Assembly: GCA_030753015.1 (NCBI GenBank)
Contig: JASMDC010000016.1
Coordinates: forward strand, 10,773-74,772
Direction: 5' to 3'
DNA length: 64,000 nucleotides
Origin: Candidatus Undinarchaeales archaeon
GTDB lineage: Archaea > SpSt-1190 > JASMDC01
Shown: in pieces, positions 9,399 through 18,893 of the stretch
Position numbering within the stretch: the first letter of the stretch is position 1
Layout: each line of letters starts with the position of its first letter
Translations under genes and position numbers: made by a program
The notes under the pieces: generated by a model
What the model was told of the DNA's origin: nothing
The model's input: the letters and a program-made list of their open reading frames with translations, nothing else
Database searches by the model: none

Positions 9399-10061
9399 AT
9401 GAGAGTGGACGACCATTGCCTTACCATAGTGGGCCAAGGATTCGACTCGAACGTGCATGTCGTCCATGACGAGGGACATCATCTCATCATCGATGCAGGT
9501 ACGGGGCGTTACCACGACCGCATCATGCGAGCACTGGACGAGGTGGGTGTGCGCCCCGGTAATGTCACAGCCATCCTAATCACCCATACGCACGCGGACC
9601 ACGCCGGTGGAGTGAGCGCACTTCGGGACGCGCTGGACACCGATGTGCTCTGCCATGAGGACGAGGCGGACTTCTTACGCGAGGGATCAGTCCCCGACCT
9701 CTTCGGGATGCTTGAAGGACCTGCGCAATCAGTCGAGGTCATCGAGCTCACCGAGCATAAGGTGGTGAGGGTCGGCGGGCTCAGGTTCAAGGTGCTCCAT
9801 ACGCCCGGGCATAGCCCTGGATCGATTTGCCTTTTCGAAGAGAATGCAGGACTTCTTGTATCGGGTGACACCGTTTTCCCGGGCGGTTCCTTCGGTAGGA
9901 CCGACCTCGATGGAGGCAACACCAAACAGCTGATCGATTCATTGAATCGACTGTCGAAGCTGGACGCAGAGGTCATGCTGCCCGGCCACATGCCATCTGT
10001 CCCGCGCGATGCCAAGTCCCAGATACAGGCATCCTACCGGAACGCTCGCTTGATGCGGTAG
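9399..10061 (+). CDS. MBL-fold metallo-hydrolase (glyoxalase II-like)
   Basis: THTHADHAGG, HTPGHSPGS, SGDT, PGH. Confidence 0.92.
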   Translation: MRVDDHCLTIVGQGFDSNVHVVHDEGHHLIIDAGTGRYHDRIMRALDEVGVRPGNVTAILITHTHADHAGGVSALRDALDTDVLCHEDEADFLREGSVPDLFGMLEGPAQSVEVIELTEHKVVRVGGLRFKVLHTPGHSPGSICLFEENAGLLVSGDTVFPGGSFGRTDLDGGNTKQLIDSLNRLSKLDAEVMLPGHMPSVPRDAKSQIQASYRNARLMR

Positions 10062-10073
10062 TCCGGCCCAGGA

Positions 10074-10937
10074 TCAGAAGTAACCCGCATCGTTCAGGTA
10101 ATCGACCGAACGCTCGAGCTCTTCTGCACACTCATCGTACGAACCCTTGAGATGGATCTCAAGTGTATGTGTAGTATCCGGGAGCCTGCCGAGCTCCTCG
10201 ATAGCACTTCGATAATCCTTCACTGCCCCGTGAGACGTTTCGGGTCCAAGGGGTGCGTGAGCGTCCGTATCACCATCGTTGTAGTGCAGGTGCGTGTGCA
10301 CGATTTCTTCTCCATACCGTTCGATGAGGCTCTCTACATTCCTTCCTCGGATGTTGAAGTGCCCCAGATCGAGCGTCATACGTGCGTAGGACAGGTCAGG
10401 ATTCGTGGATCGGTCACGTTCCACGAGCGCGAGTAGACGCTCCATATCGGTGCTACCTATGAAGTTGAGGTTCTCGAAGGCCACGATCACTCCTTTCTCA
10501 GCAGCGTAGGACGCGACCTCGCACACGGATCGATAAGCAATGTCCAGACGTCCTCTGTCAGTGATGCCGAACGCCTCCTCCCATTCCGGATCGCAGAACT
10601 CATAGCCGGGATGAACGATGACTGTCCGTGCCCCGAGTTCGTTCGCCAGGTCTATGGCTTCATGTGTCTCGCGCAGACCTTTGTCGACCAGCGTCTGGTC
10701 CTCCGAAGAGAGGTTGTTCCACATGGGGGCGTGTATGCTGCCCACGTCAAGTCCTTGCTCATCGAACTGTTCCTTGTACTCGTTGATGTGGTCGCGGACC
10801 TCGTCAACGTGAACGGACGATATCTCGAGGCCCAGATGAAGTCCTTTTCGTTCGTTGAGCTCGTTCACTGCCCGGGCCGTTTCTTCAAGTGCCTTGTTGA
10901 CGGCTCCTGATGAAACGTAAACATTATACCGTCCCAC
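10074..10937 (-). CDS. Sugar phosphate isomerase/epimerase (xylose isomerase-like TIM barrel)
   Basis: SIHAP, IVHPG, FENL, LDLGH, HLH, DAHAPLG, LEI. Confidence 0.85.
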   Translation of the reverse strand: MGRYNVYVSSGAVNKALEETARAVNELNERKGLHLGLEISSVHVDEVRDHINEYKEQFDEQGLDVGSIHAPMWNNLSSEDQTLVDKGLRETHEAIDLANELGARTVIVHPGYEFCDPEWEEAFGITDRGRLDIAYRSVCEVASYAAEKGVIVAFENLNFIGSTDMERLLALVERDRSTNPDLSYARMTLDLGHFNIRGRNVESLIERYGEEIVHTHLHYNDGDTDAHAPLGPETSHGAVKDYRSAIEELGRLPDTTHTLEIHLKGSYDECAEELERSVDYLNDAGYF

Positions 10938-10990
10938 TGGACCGTACCGCTTGGCCGTCGGTTCTTATAGCTTCCCTTTCCGCTGACCGA

Positions 10991-11824
10991 TCACTTGCAT
11001 GTAAAGCTAGTTAGCGTCTTCTGACCCTTTGGTATAGATCCAAGACCGATATCCAACAATGACGCGAACTGTCGGCAGTTGGCCGGAGCGCTCCCACGCG
11101 GATGATTGTTGAAGTACCCAAGAACGACCTCGGCCTCTGAGCACAGTGCTCGAATGGGATCGACCCACGTCGCCAGCTCATCGGGTGAGTAATGGTAGGT
11201 GTACCAGTGACGAGGATTCAGGCCATGCCACCGCACATAGGCAAGATCGGATGTCACCTCGGGTGCTGTCCTTAGCCCCGGCTCGTCCACAACACAAACC
11301 GCGGTGTTCCGACTGACGAGAACCTCCCTGACATCGGGGTGGAGCCTGCTTTCATCGTACCAGCTCTTATGGCGGAACTCTACAGCGAACCGTGGACTGG
11401 GCGGGATGAGGTCGAGGAACGTGGCCAGCGTATCGATGGATTTTCGTGTGAAGGAAGGCGGGAGCTGGACGAGCACAGCTGCCAATAATCCTGCATCCTC
11501 CAACGGTCCCATCCGGGCCATGTACTCCTCAAGGAGACCTTCGCATCCTTCCAGCCTATGCTCGTGTGTAATGCTTTGATGTAACTTGGCGGCGTATCGG
11601 AAGCCGTCCGGAGCACGATCACACCAGCGTGTTACCATGGAAGCTGCCGGCAGTCGATAGAAGGTCGAGTTCACCTCGACCGTGGGGAACACCCGAGCGT
11701 ACAATGGAAGCATACGTGTCGGATCCGTCCCCTGAGGATAGAAAGGGCCGTTCCACTCACGGTAGCTCCACCCACTGCATCCAAGGAGGAGGTTCGAGGG
11801 CGCTGATTCGTCCTTGATGGACAC
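10991..11824 (-). CDS. DUF72 family protein
   Basis: GCSGWSYREW, TVEVNSTFY, QLPPSF, AVEFRH, YVRWHG, YFNNH. Start (GTG) inferred. Confidence 0.9.
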   Translation of the reverse strand: MSIKDESAPSNLLLGCSGWSYREWNGPFYPQGTDPTRMLPLYARVFPTVEVNSTFYRLPAASMVTRWCDRAPDGFRYAAKLHQSITHEHRLEGCEGLLEEYMARMGPLEDAGLLAAVLVQLPPSFTRKSIDTLATFLDLIPPSPRFAVEFRHKSWYDESRLHPDVREVLVSRNTAVCVVDEPGLRTAPEVTSDLAYVRWHGLNPRHWYTYHYSPDELATWVDPIRALCSEAEVVLGYFNNHPRGSAPANCRQFASLLDIGLGSIPKGQKTLTSFTCK

Positions 11825-11876
11825 GATGCCGCCTCCGAGGCAAAGCTTTATTACGCTAACCGCGGTCTCTTCGGCC

Positions 11877-12434
11877 ATGGCCCAGGACATCCTCGACCTC
11901 CTGAACGAGACCACCCTTCAGCTTCTCATGACGCTGGACGGTGTCGGTGACCGGGGCGCCACACGATCCGACCTCCTGGTCACTGCTCTCCCCTCAACGA
12001 CAGTCAGACGTTACCTTGAGCTCTTCTACGAGCTGAGGATGGTCACCATGGTATCGAACGAAGGTACCGAACCTCGATACGTACTGGACCATGATAGCAC
12101 CGTGCTCATTTTGCTCCTGGGTATTATCGAAGCGAACAACAACCGATTGTTCCTCAAGCGAACGAACGACGATTCCGAACAGGCCGCTCTTGCCGAGGAC
12201 CTCGACACCATCTGTGCTGATGGTGCTAACGATATAGTCATCTACAAGCCCTTGGAGAAGCGGTTCCTCGTCGTCAAGAGCTTCAAGCGAGCTGACGAAT
12301 CATTCGCCTATATACCGCACCATCCAGTCTCGGTCGTGGACATGGACACCGTGCAAACAATAAGGGACAAGGTCCACATCATCAAGGGTTATCGCAAGGT
12401 CATCGCTGCTATGCTCCTCAATGAGGAAGAGTGA
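11877..12434 (+). CDS. Hypothetical protein with probable N-terminal winged helix-turn-helix
   Basis: TRSDL...LPSTTVRRYLELFYELRMV...PRYVL has an ArsR-like wHTH pattern. Confidence 0.55.
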   Translation: MAQDILDLLNETTLQLLMTLDGVGDRGATRSDLLVTALPSTTVRRYLELFYELRMVTMVSNEGTEPRYVLDHDSTVLILLLGIIEANNNRLFLKRTNDDSEQAALAEDLDTICADGANDIVIYKPLEKRFLVVKSFKRADESFAYIPHHPVSVVDMDTVQTIRDKVHIIKGYRKVIAAMLLNEEE

Positions 12435-12438
12435 TAGG

Positions 12439-13761
12439 ATGGACCTTATCGTCAAGGGAGGGCGTCTAGTAACTCCCCTCTCGGTTTTTGAGGGCGATAT
12501 CGGTATCACTGACGGTCGCATAGAAAGGATCGCGCGTAGCATCTCCGATAGTCCTGATGAGGTCCTCAATGCCAAGGGTATGCTGGTGTTTCCCGGGATG
12601 ATCGACCCCCATGTCCACGTTCATGATCCCTTACCTCCGTTCATAGACAGGGAGGACTTCGGCTCGGCCACGGTGGCTGCAGCCTGCGGAGGTCTGACCA
12701 CGATCATCGAGATGCCCACGGACACTCCGCTCCTAGAGTCTGCTGCGATCCGCGAGAAGATCGCGGCCGGCAAGGACCTGGCGAACATCGACTTCGCCCT
12801 TCATGCGGGGAATATGACACCAGATGCCATCAGTTCCATCGGTGACATGGTACGAGAGGGTATCACTTCTTTCAAGGGATTCCTCAGCCCTCCTTACAAG
12901 CTCAATGACGGACAGGTGCTCGAGTTCCTCAGGGAGGTCGAGCGCCACGATTGCACCGCTCTCTTCCACTGCGAGAACGGGGAGATCATTGACAATGAGA
13001 CCGAACTGCGTATGAAGGAGGGTGACGACCCTGTGCTTCACAGCCTCGGTCGACCCAACATCGCAGAGGAGGAGGCTGTGGCCCGTATGTGCCGGTTCGC
13101 CAGTCACACGGACACTAAGCTCCACGTCGTGCACGTCTCTACACGCGAGGGTGCACAGGAGGTCGCTCGTTGGCGTTCGGATCACGCGGTCACCGGCGAG
13201 GTGTGCACACATCACCTCGTGTTCACTCGCGATGCCATGCATGAGCAGGGTCCATTCCTCAAGATGAATCCACCGCTGCGTGGAGTGGACGATGTCCATG
13301 CGCTGTGGACGGCACTTGCCGATGGCACTCTCGATATGGTGGCGACCGACCACTTCTCCTGCTTCCGCAAGGAAAAGGAAGCGGGTATCTGGGAAGCGCC
13401 ATCGGGTGTCCCCGGTATCGAGACAATGGTGCCTCTCGTGCTCTCTTTGGGCGTGAACGAGGGTCGCCTCACCCTCAGACGGGCGTGCGAGGTGCTATCA
13501 ACAAACGCTGCGAAGGTGTTCGGTCTCTACCCGAACAAGGGCTCGCTCCAGGTGGGGACCGACGCGGACCTCACAATCGTCGACCTCAAGGCCACCAAGC
13601 GCATCACCGCCGACGACCTCCACTACCGCGTCGGATGGACACCGTACGAGGGGATGACCGTTCGGGGCCTGCCCGTGGCCACGGTCGTCCGGGGGAAGAT
13701 CGTGGCTAGGGACGGCGAGTTCATCGGTCGGAACGGACCAGCGGTCTACATTAAACGCTGA
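12439..13761 (+). CDS. Cyclic amidohydrolase (dihydroorotase/allantoinase/dihydropyrimidinase family)
   Basis: PGMIDPHVH, SFK, HCEN, HVVHVST, KMNPPLR, ATDH, GVPGIE. Substrate not determinable. Confidence 0.88.
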   Translation: MDLIVKGGRLVTPLSVFEGDIGITDGRIERIARSISDSPDEVLNAKGMLVFPGMIDPHVHVHDPLPPFIDREDFGSATVAAACGGLTTIIEMPTDTPLLESAAIREKIAAGKDLANIDFALHAGNMTPDAISSIGDMVREGITSFKGFLSPPYKLNDGQVLEFLREVERHDCTALFHCENGEIIDNETELRMKEGDDPVLHSLGRPNIAEEEAVARMCRFASHTDTKLHVVHVSTREGAQEVARWRSDHAVTGEVCTHHLVFTRDAMHEQGPFLKMNPPLRGVDDVHALWTALADGTLDMVATDHFSCFRKEKEAGIWEAPSGVPGIETMVPLVLSLGVNEGRLTLRRACEVLSTNAAKVFGLYPNKGSLQVGTDADLTIVDLKATKRITADDLHYRVGWTPYEGMTVRGLPVATVVRGKIVARDGEFIGRNGPAVYIKR

Positions 13762-13764
13762 GCG

Positions 13765-14808
13765 TCACTCCCCCATCGAGAGGGTCCGAGCCCATTCCAC
13801 GATTCGTTCCATCCCTTCCCGTGGTCCAATCTTCGGAGTCCATCCGAGGGTGTCCCTGATACGGGAGAGGTCAGAGATGTACACCTTCTGGTCCGAAGGA
13901 CGCCAGTCAGCGAACGACAGCTCGCTCTGTATCCCGGTGAGCTCCTTGAGGATGTCTAGAAGCTCAAGCAAAGATAGCGTATTGTCTGGCCCTCCTCCGG
14001 TATTGAAGACTCCCTGGCGGAGCGTACTGTTGTAGAACGCATCATACGCCTCCACGAGATCGGTGACATACAGAACGTCACGCACCTGCTTCCCGTCTCC
14101 AAAGATCGTCAGGGGCTGTCCACTGAGCGTTGCCAAGGTGAACCACATCACCCATCCCTGGTCAGCCACTCCGAGCTGTCGTGTCCCGTAGATGCACGAC
14201 ATGCGGAACACGCCTGTGCGTAGTCCGTAGAGGTGGCCATAATCCTGGACATAGAGGTCGCCGGTGAGCTTCGAGCAGCCGTAGGGCGTATGCTCGCATC
14301 GGTCGATAGAGAACACCTCGGTTATCCCGGCTCGGTCGGCGAAGCGGTATCGTGTGTCCTCCTCACTAACCGGGACAGTATTGACGTTGTCCCCGTACAC
14401 CTTGTTGGTGGAGCAGTAGACAATAGCAGGATTGGAGTCCGAACGACGCGCTGCTTCAAGCACGTTGAATGTGCCCTGGGCGTTGACAGTGAAGTCCTGC
14501 CCGGGATCGGTGACAGAAGTCGTCACTGCCGTCTGTGCCGCAGTATGGACGATGAGGTCCACGTCCTGCATGAGCGGAAGCAGTGCTCCGAAATCACGGA
14601 CGTCCTGCTTGATGAGCTTGACCGATGGGAAGTTACGCTCGAGATAATCATGATTGTAGATCGGATTCACTACGCTCTGGCGCTTGAGGAGCTCGGCTCG
14701 GGATAGGTTGTCCACGCAGACCACCTCTGCTCCCCTCTTAGCATAGAACTCAGCCACGTGGGAACCGATGAATCCCATGCCGCCGGTGACGAGTACCTTC
14801 ATTGTCAT
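13765..14808 (-). CDS. NAD-dependent nucleotide-sugar epimerase (RfbE/CDP-paratose epimerase-like)
   Basis: TGGMGFIGS, AAQTAVTTS, STNKVYG, PYGCSK, RMSCIYG, GKQVRDVL. Confidence 0.85.
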   Translation of the reverse strand: MTMKVLVTGGMGFIGSHVAEFYAKRGAEVVCVDNLSRAELLKRQSVVNPIYNHDYLERNFPSVKLIKQDVRDFGALLPLMQDVDLIVHTAAQTAVTTSVTDPGQDFTVNAQGTFNVLEAARRSDSNPAIVYCSTNKVYGDNVNTVPVSEEDTRYRFADRAGITEVFSIDRCEHTPYGCSKLTGDLYVQDYGHLYGLRTGVFRMSCIYGTRQLGVADQGWVMWFTLATLSGQPLTIFGDGKQVRDVLYVTDLVEAYDAFYNSTLRQGVFNTGGGPDNTLSLLELLDILKELTGIQSELSFADWRPSDQKVYISDLSRIRDTLGWTPKIGPREGMERIVEWARTLSMGE

Positions 14809-14835
14809 ATTCTCCTTCATTCTAGCTCGATCACT

Positions 14836-15948
14836 CTAAATAAGACCCTTCTCCTCAAGCTCACGCTCGGCCTGGTCGAAACCGTCTTTCGCTTCGACAT
14901 CAGCACCCCAGCCGACGAGGTCGCGCATACCGTCAGCAAGCCCAATGGAAGGCTCGAAACCGAGGGACCGAATACGCGACATATCCGCGTAGCAGTGGCG
15001 GACGTCCCCCTTTCGGAACTCCTCTGTGATCCGTGGCCTCACGTCCGAACCATAGAGTTCTGCGAGGGTGCTAGCGATCTCTTTAATGGTCACGGGCGTA
15101 CCGCTACCAACGTTGAACACCTTCCCGTTGGCTTCGGGGCGCTCCATGCACAGGAGATTTGCGCGGACCACATCGTGAACGGAGATGAAGTCACGTGTCT
15201 GGAGGCCGTCCTCGAAGATAACGACAGGATTCCCGTTCTTGATACGTGAGGAGAATATCGCGCACACTCCTGTATAAGGATTCGAGAGCGACTGTCGAGG
15301 ACCGTACACGTTGAAGAACCGAAGGGCCGTAGCTCCGAAACCATAGGTCCTTCCGAGCATGAGCACCATATGCTCTTGGTCACGCTTGCCTAGAGCGTAC
15401 ACCGAGTTAGGATGCTGCTGCGCGTCCTCAGGTGTGGGTATCGGGCGACAAGCACCACCACAAGATGGACATACAGGTTCCCATTGCTTGAGACGCATCT
15501 GCTCCTTTCCACGGAGCGGTGGTCTGACGGTCCCACACCTGTCGCACGAGTACGCTCCCTCGCCGTACGTCGCCATCGACGAAGCGACGATGACCTTGCG
15601 CACGTCAGTCTCACGGTTGACGATCTCATTCATGAGCACGGCCGTACCCAATGAGTTGGACCGTACATAGTGTCCTATACGGTACATCGACTGCCCTACA
15701 CCGACCGCTGACGCAAAGTGGAAGACGACCGAGACGCCGCCCAGTGATGCACGTACATCATCTGGCTCGCACACGTCACCGATTATGTACTCGGCCCCCG
15801 GATTTAGGTAATCCGGCTTCTTTCCACCATGGACCTGTTCGTCCAGAGTATCGAGAACGCGTACAGTGTGCCCACCTGAGACCAAGGAGTCCACGAGGTG
15901 AGAGCCTATGAAGCCCGCTCCACCGGTGACGAGGACATGCTCGCTCAT
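14836..15948 (-). CDS. NAD-dependent epimerase/dehydratase
   Basis: TGGAGFIGS, VGVGQSMY, YALGK, RFFNVYGPRQ, RDFISV. Confidence 0.88.
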   Translation of the reverse strand: MSEHVLVTGGAGFIGSHLVDSLVSGGHTVRVLDTLDEQVHGGKKPDYLNPGAEYIIGDVCEPDDVRASLGGVSVVFHFASAVGVGQSMYRIGHYVRSNSLGTAVLMNEIVNRETDVRKVIVASSMATYGEGAYSCDRCGTVRPPLRGKEQMRLKQWEPVCPSCGGACRPIPTPEDAQQHPNSVYALGKRDQEHMVLMLGRTYGFGATALRFFNVYGPRQSLSNPYTGVCAIFSSRIKNGNPVVIFEDGLQTRDFISVHDVVRANLLCMERPEANGKVFNVGSGTPVTIKEIASTLAELYGSDVRPRITEEFRKGDVRHCYADMSRIRSLGFEPSIGLADGMRDLVGWGADVEAKDGFDQAERELEEKGLI

Positions 15949-16862
15949 CGTCCTTCCCTCGAACACTTTCGGATGTAGCCACATGCCTTTGTCGCTGCGA
16001 CAGCCCCCTGTGCGCAGGCCATCACCACTTGTGCCCAGCGACCCGTTACATCCCCTGCAGCATAGAGCCCTTGCACGTTGGTGCTCTGGTTATCGTCGAC
16101 GACGACGAAGGAGCGGTCCGTATCTGCTCCCAGTGAAGAGGCGATCTCGGTAGCGGGCATGGAGCCGACCTCGACGAACACGCCTTCCACTGCCAGCTCG
16201 CGAGTGCCGTCAGCGTCCTCTATGCTCACTGCTTCGACGAGAGGATCTCCCTTGATGGAGGTGATCCTGCTACCCTCGAGCACCTCGACCTTCTCTTTGT
16301 CCAGTCGTGCCACGAGGGACTCGTCAGCGGAGATGGCCCCTGAAGAGATGAGGATCACATGAGAGGCGACCTCAGAAAGGAGAAGAGCAGCATCGACCGC
16401 ACGGTTCCCATCGCCAGCGACGGCAACGGTCCGGTCGCGGAAGAGCGGACCGTCACAGGTCGCACAGTAGGAAACGCCCCGCCCACTCATTTCCTTCTCA
16501 CCGGGTACACCTAGACGCTGGACCTCGGTACCCGTGGCCAGTACTAAAGATGTCGAACTGTGCTCCACACCCGAAGCGCACCGGACGGTGAAGCCATCAT
16601 CGGACCGTGTCGCCTTGAGCACCTCGTCCACCTCGACTCCGACCTCGAACCCGCGCAGCTGTTTCTCCATGGTCTCCATGAGCTCTAGACCTGTAGTGGC
16701 GAGGACTCCCGGATAGTTCTCGATGAGATGGGCAGTCGCTGCTGTTCCGCCAGGCGCCCTACCGATGACGAGGGTCTTCATGCGACGGCGTGCTGCGTAG
16801 ATACCCGCAGCCATCCCAGCCGGGCCAAGTCCTATGACGATGAGGTCGTACCGCTCTCCCAT
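15945..16862 (-). CDS. trxB: Thioredoxin-disulfide reductase
   Basis: GLGPAG, IENYPG, GVSYCATCDG, AAGDVTG. Confidence 0.88.
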   Translation of the reverse strand: MGERYDLIVIGLGPAGMAAGIYAARRRMKTLVIGRAPGGTAATAHLIENYPGVLATTGLELMETMEKQLRGFEVGVEVDEVLKATRSDDGFTVRCASGVEHSSTSLVLATGTEVQRLGVPGEKEMSGRGVSYCATCDGPLFRDRTVAVAGDGNRAVDAALLLSEVASHVILISSGAISADESLVARLDKEKVEVLEGSRITSIKGDPLVEAVSIEDADGTRELAVEGVFVEVGSMPATEIASSLGADTDRSFVVVDDNQSTNVQGLYAAGDVTGRWAQVVMACAQGAVAATKACGYIRKCSREGR

Positions 16863-16948
16863 GTGCACACGGGATTCGGTGAACGTTAAAAAACTAGGGT
16901 AGGCGCCCATCCAGATAGGCGAGGACGGGTCCGCCACCGGCCCAAGTT

Positions 16949-17185
16949 TTAAAAGGGATGGTGATGTTCTCCCATTCTCCTAAACCGCCATTTGTCACAT
17001 AGGTTATCTTCTTTCATTTTCAGTGACATCGGCGCCGTGTCCTCTTCTTGAATGATATTGGACAAGCAGGAGCCACCACAACTTTCATGAAGTTGGATGA
17101 GCCCCTGCCGTCCGAGTTTGTCTCCGGGCAAGTATCCAGTAGTGTCGCAGCTGATAAAAGCATTTCGTTGGTCGATGGTCATCAT
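16949..17185 (-). pseudogene. Short ORF coupled to the DUF1670-like gene, possible remnant of a deleted third gene
   Basis: ATGA overlap at 17182-17185; the ORF runs through the left inverted repeat; no recognisable motif. Confidence 0.3.
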
Positions 17186-17946
17186 TCGTTTATCCCCCCA
17201 TTCTCGTACTCCTCGTAGAGCTTCAGGTAGTCGCGGACGAGGGGTCGGCTCATCTCAAGTGTCCTGGCGATCTCCTTGAGTGTCATCCCCTTCCGTGCGA
17301 GCAGCCTCACACGTTTGTAATCCTTGATGTACCGATCACACGACTCGATGGTGTGATCCGTTCTCTTTGAGATGTCGGGCGTCTGATATCCGTCGAGGTG
17401 GAGGCGGACGATGATGCTCTTGTGTGTGGTCGACCGACCAAGGTCATGAATGATGCCACGCGTCGGGACGATCTTGCCCTCGCGCTTCATGTAGCTCCTG
17501 ACATAGTTGCCGACGGTGAATCTTGAGATCTTCAGGATGGCCGCAACATCGTTCTGCGTGAGGAGGCCGCCTTGGTCGAAGGCGTCCTTGAAGAAGCGAA
17601 CGATGCACCTCTCCCGGACCTCGTAGATCGAGGCACCGGCCAAGAGCGCGTCTATGTCCTCCTTCGATACAAGCGTGAGCATCACAGGCACGCACCGCGT
17701 GTTCCTGGCGTTCTGTCCGTAGTACGGCTTGTCCCCCACACTGGCAGCGAGCCATGAGAATTGGCCCGGCATCCCCGGCTCCATGTCCTTGAGTTGCTTC
17801 TTGAAAACTCCCACGATATCCGAGGCGAACATATCCTGCACCTTGCTCCCGGACACGAACGGATAGTCCTCGTTCAGAAGATTCACAACAGCCTGGTGGA
17901 GGCCATACTCTACCTTCAACCTCACGGCCTCGGAGACCTTACCCAT
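17182..17946 (-). CDS. DUF1670-like protein (HTH-containing)
   Basis: AFDQGGLLTQNDVA, VPTRGIIHDLGRSTTHK, TDHTIESCDRYIKDY. Confidence 0.8.
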   Translation of the reverse strand: MGKVSEAVRLKVEYGLHQAVVNLLNEDYPFVSGSKVQDMFASDIVGVFKKQLKDMEPGMPGQFSWLAASVGDKPYYGQNARNTRCVPVMLTLVSKEDIDALLAGASIYEVRERCIVRFFKDAFDQGGLLTQNDVAAILKISRFTVGNYVRSYMKREGKIVPTRGIIHDLGRSTTHKSIIVRLHLDGYQTPDISKRTDHTIESCDRYIKDYKRVRLLARKGMTLKEIARTLEMSRPLVRDYLKLYEEYENGGINE

Positions 17947-18817
17947 GTGATCGCCCCGGAACGGTAAAGGTGGACTTCCCCTCAGGATCGGGAGTGTCGG
18001 AGGGACTCCATTTTTCCCCCCCAAACTCCGAGGCAGCGATCCTGTCGATCTTCTCTTTCATCTCCTCGTCCTCCGAATACCTCTCGTACAGCTCGAGGTA
18101 GTCGCGCACCACCCGATCCGAGTTACCCGTGATGATGCGGATCTCGCGGAGCGTGTGGCCGCCACGATGGAGAATGACCACACGGGAGAAATCCTTGATA
18201 TATCGCATGATCGAGGTCGGGGAGTGCTTTGTCCTGAGCTCTATCTCGGAGTACTCGTAATCCTGGAGGTGGAGCTCCACGATCTTGGCCTTGTGGCTGG
18301 TACCGGAACCCATATCCCTCATGGTGCCGCGGGTGGGGACCGTGATGCACTCTGTCTTCTGTATCTCCCTGATGTGACGCCCAATGGTGCGTGTGCTCTC
18401 ACCAAGGATGAGCGCGAGGTCTGCCTGCGTCAACAGGCCACCCTGCTCGAATGCCTCGTTCGCGAGTCGCTTGATACGAGATTTAAGGAGGTCACCCTGC
18501 GATCGCGAAGCGGTCGCTGCGTCAGCTTCGAGGTCCAGAACGGTGAGGTGGACGGCTACGAGCCTCGCGTCCGTGATCTTCACGCCGGCAGGGACATCCT
18601 TGGAGACTGCATGGAATACGATCTGCTCTCCACTTCGCTGCCCGCCCATGTACACGTCGAGGTAGGTGAGGATGTCTCGGGTCAGTCCACGGCAGATGGC
18701 CCTCGGGAACTGATAGTCCTCGATGAACATCGTGTAGATCTGATTTTTCAGGCTCTTGTCCACAATGCTGCGATATTCACTGTCGATCAATTCCGTACTC
18801 TCAGTAAGGTAAGGCAT
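17939..18817 (-). CDS. DUF1670-like protein (HTH-containing), paralog of the neighbouring gene
   Basis: AFEQGGLLTQADLA, VPTRGTMRDMGSGTSHK, TKHSPTSIMRYIKDF; GGTGA upstream of the ATG at 18817. Confidence 0.8.
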   Translation of the reverse strand: MPYLTESTELIDSEYRSIVDKSLKNQIYTMFIEDYQFPRAICRGLTRDILTYLDVYMGGQRSGEQIVFHAVSKDVPAGVKITDARLVAVHLTVLDLEADAATASRSQGDLLKSRIKRLANEAFEQGGLLTQADLALILGESTRTIGRHIREIQKTECITVPTRGTMRDMGSGTSHKAKIVELHLQDYEYSEIELRTKHSPTSIMRYIKDFSRVVILHRGGHTLREIRIITGNSDRVVRDYLELYERYSEDEEMKEKIDRIAASEFGGEKWSPSDTPDPEGKSTFTVPGRSHG

Positions 18818-18893
18818 CTCTGTCACCATCAAGCAAGAACGGGAGACGGAAGAGCAATCACTTAAGTATTCCGACATTTGGCGGTATCTGAGA

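Noticed and set aside
15945-16862. Thioredoxin reductase as a dedicated partner of the Cys-rich proteins
   Set aside because: It is cytoplasmic, coupled to the sugar epimerase genes and reductive; adjacency alone is insufficient.
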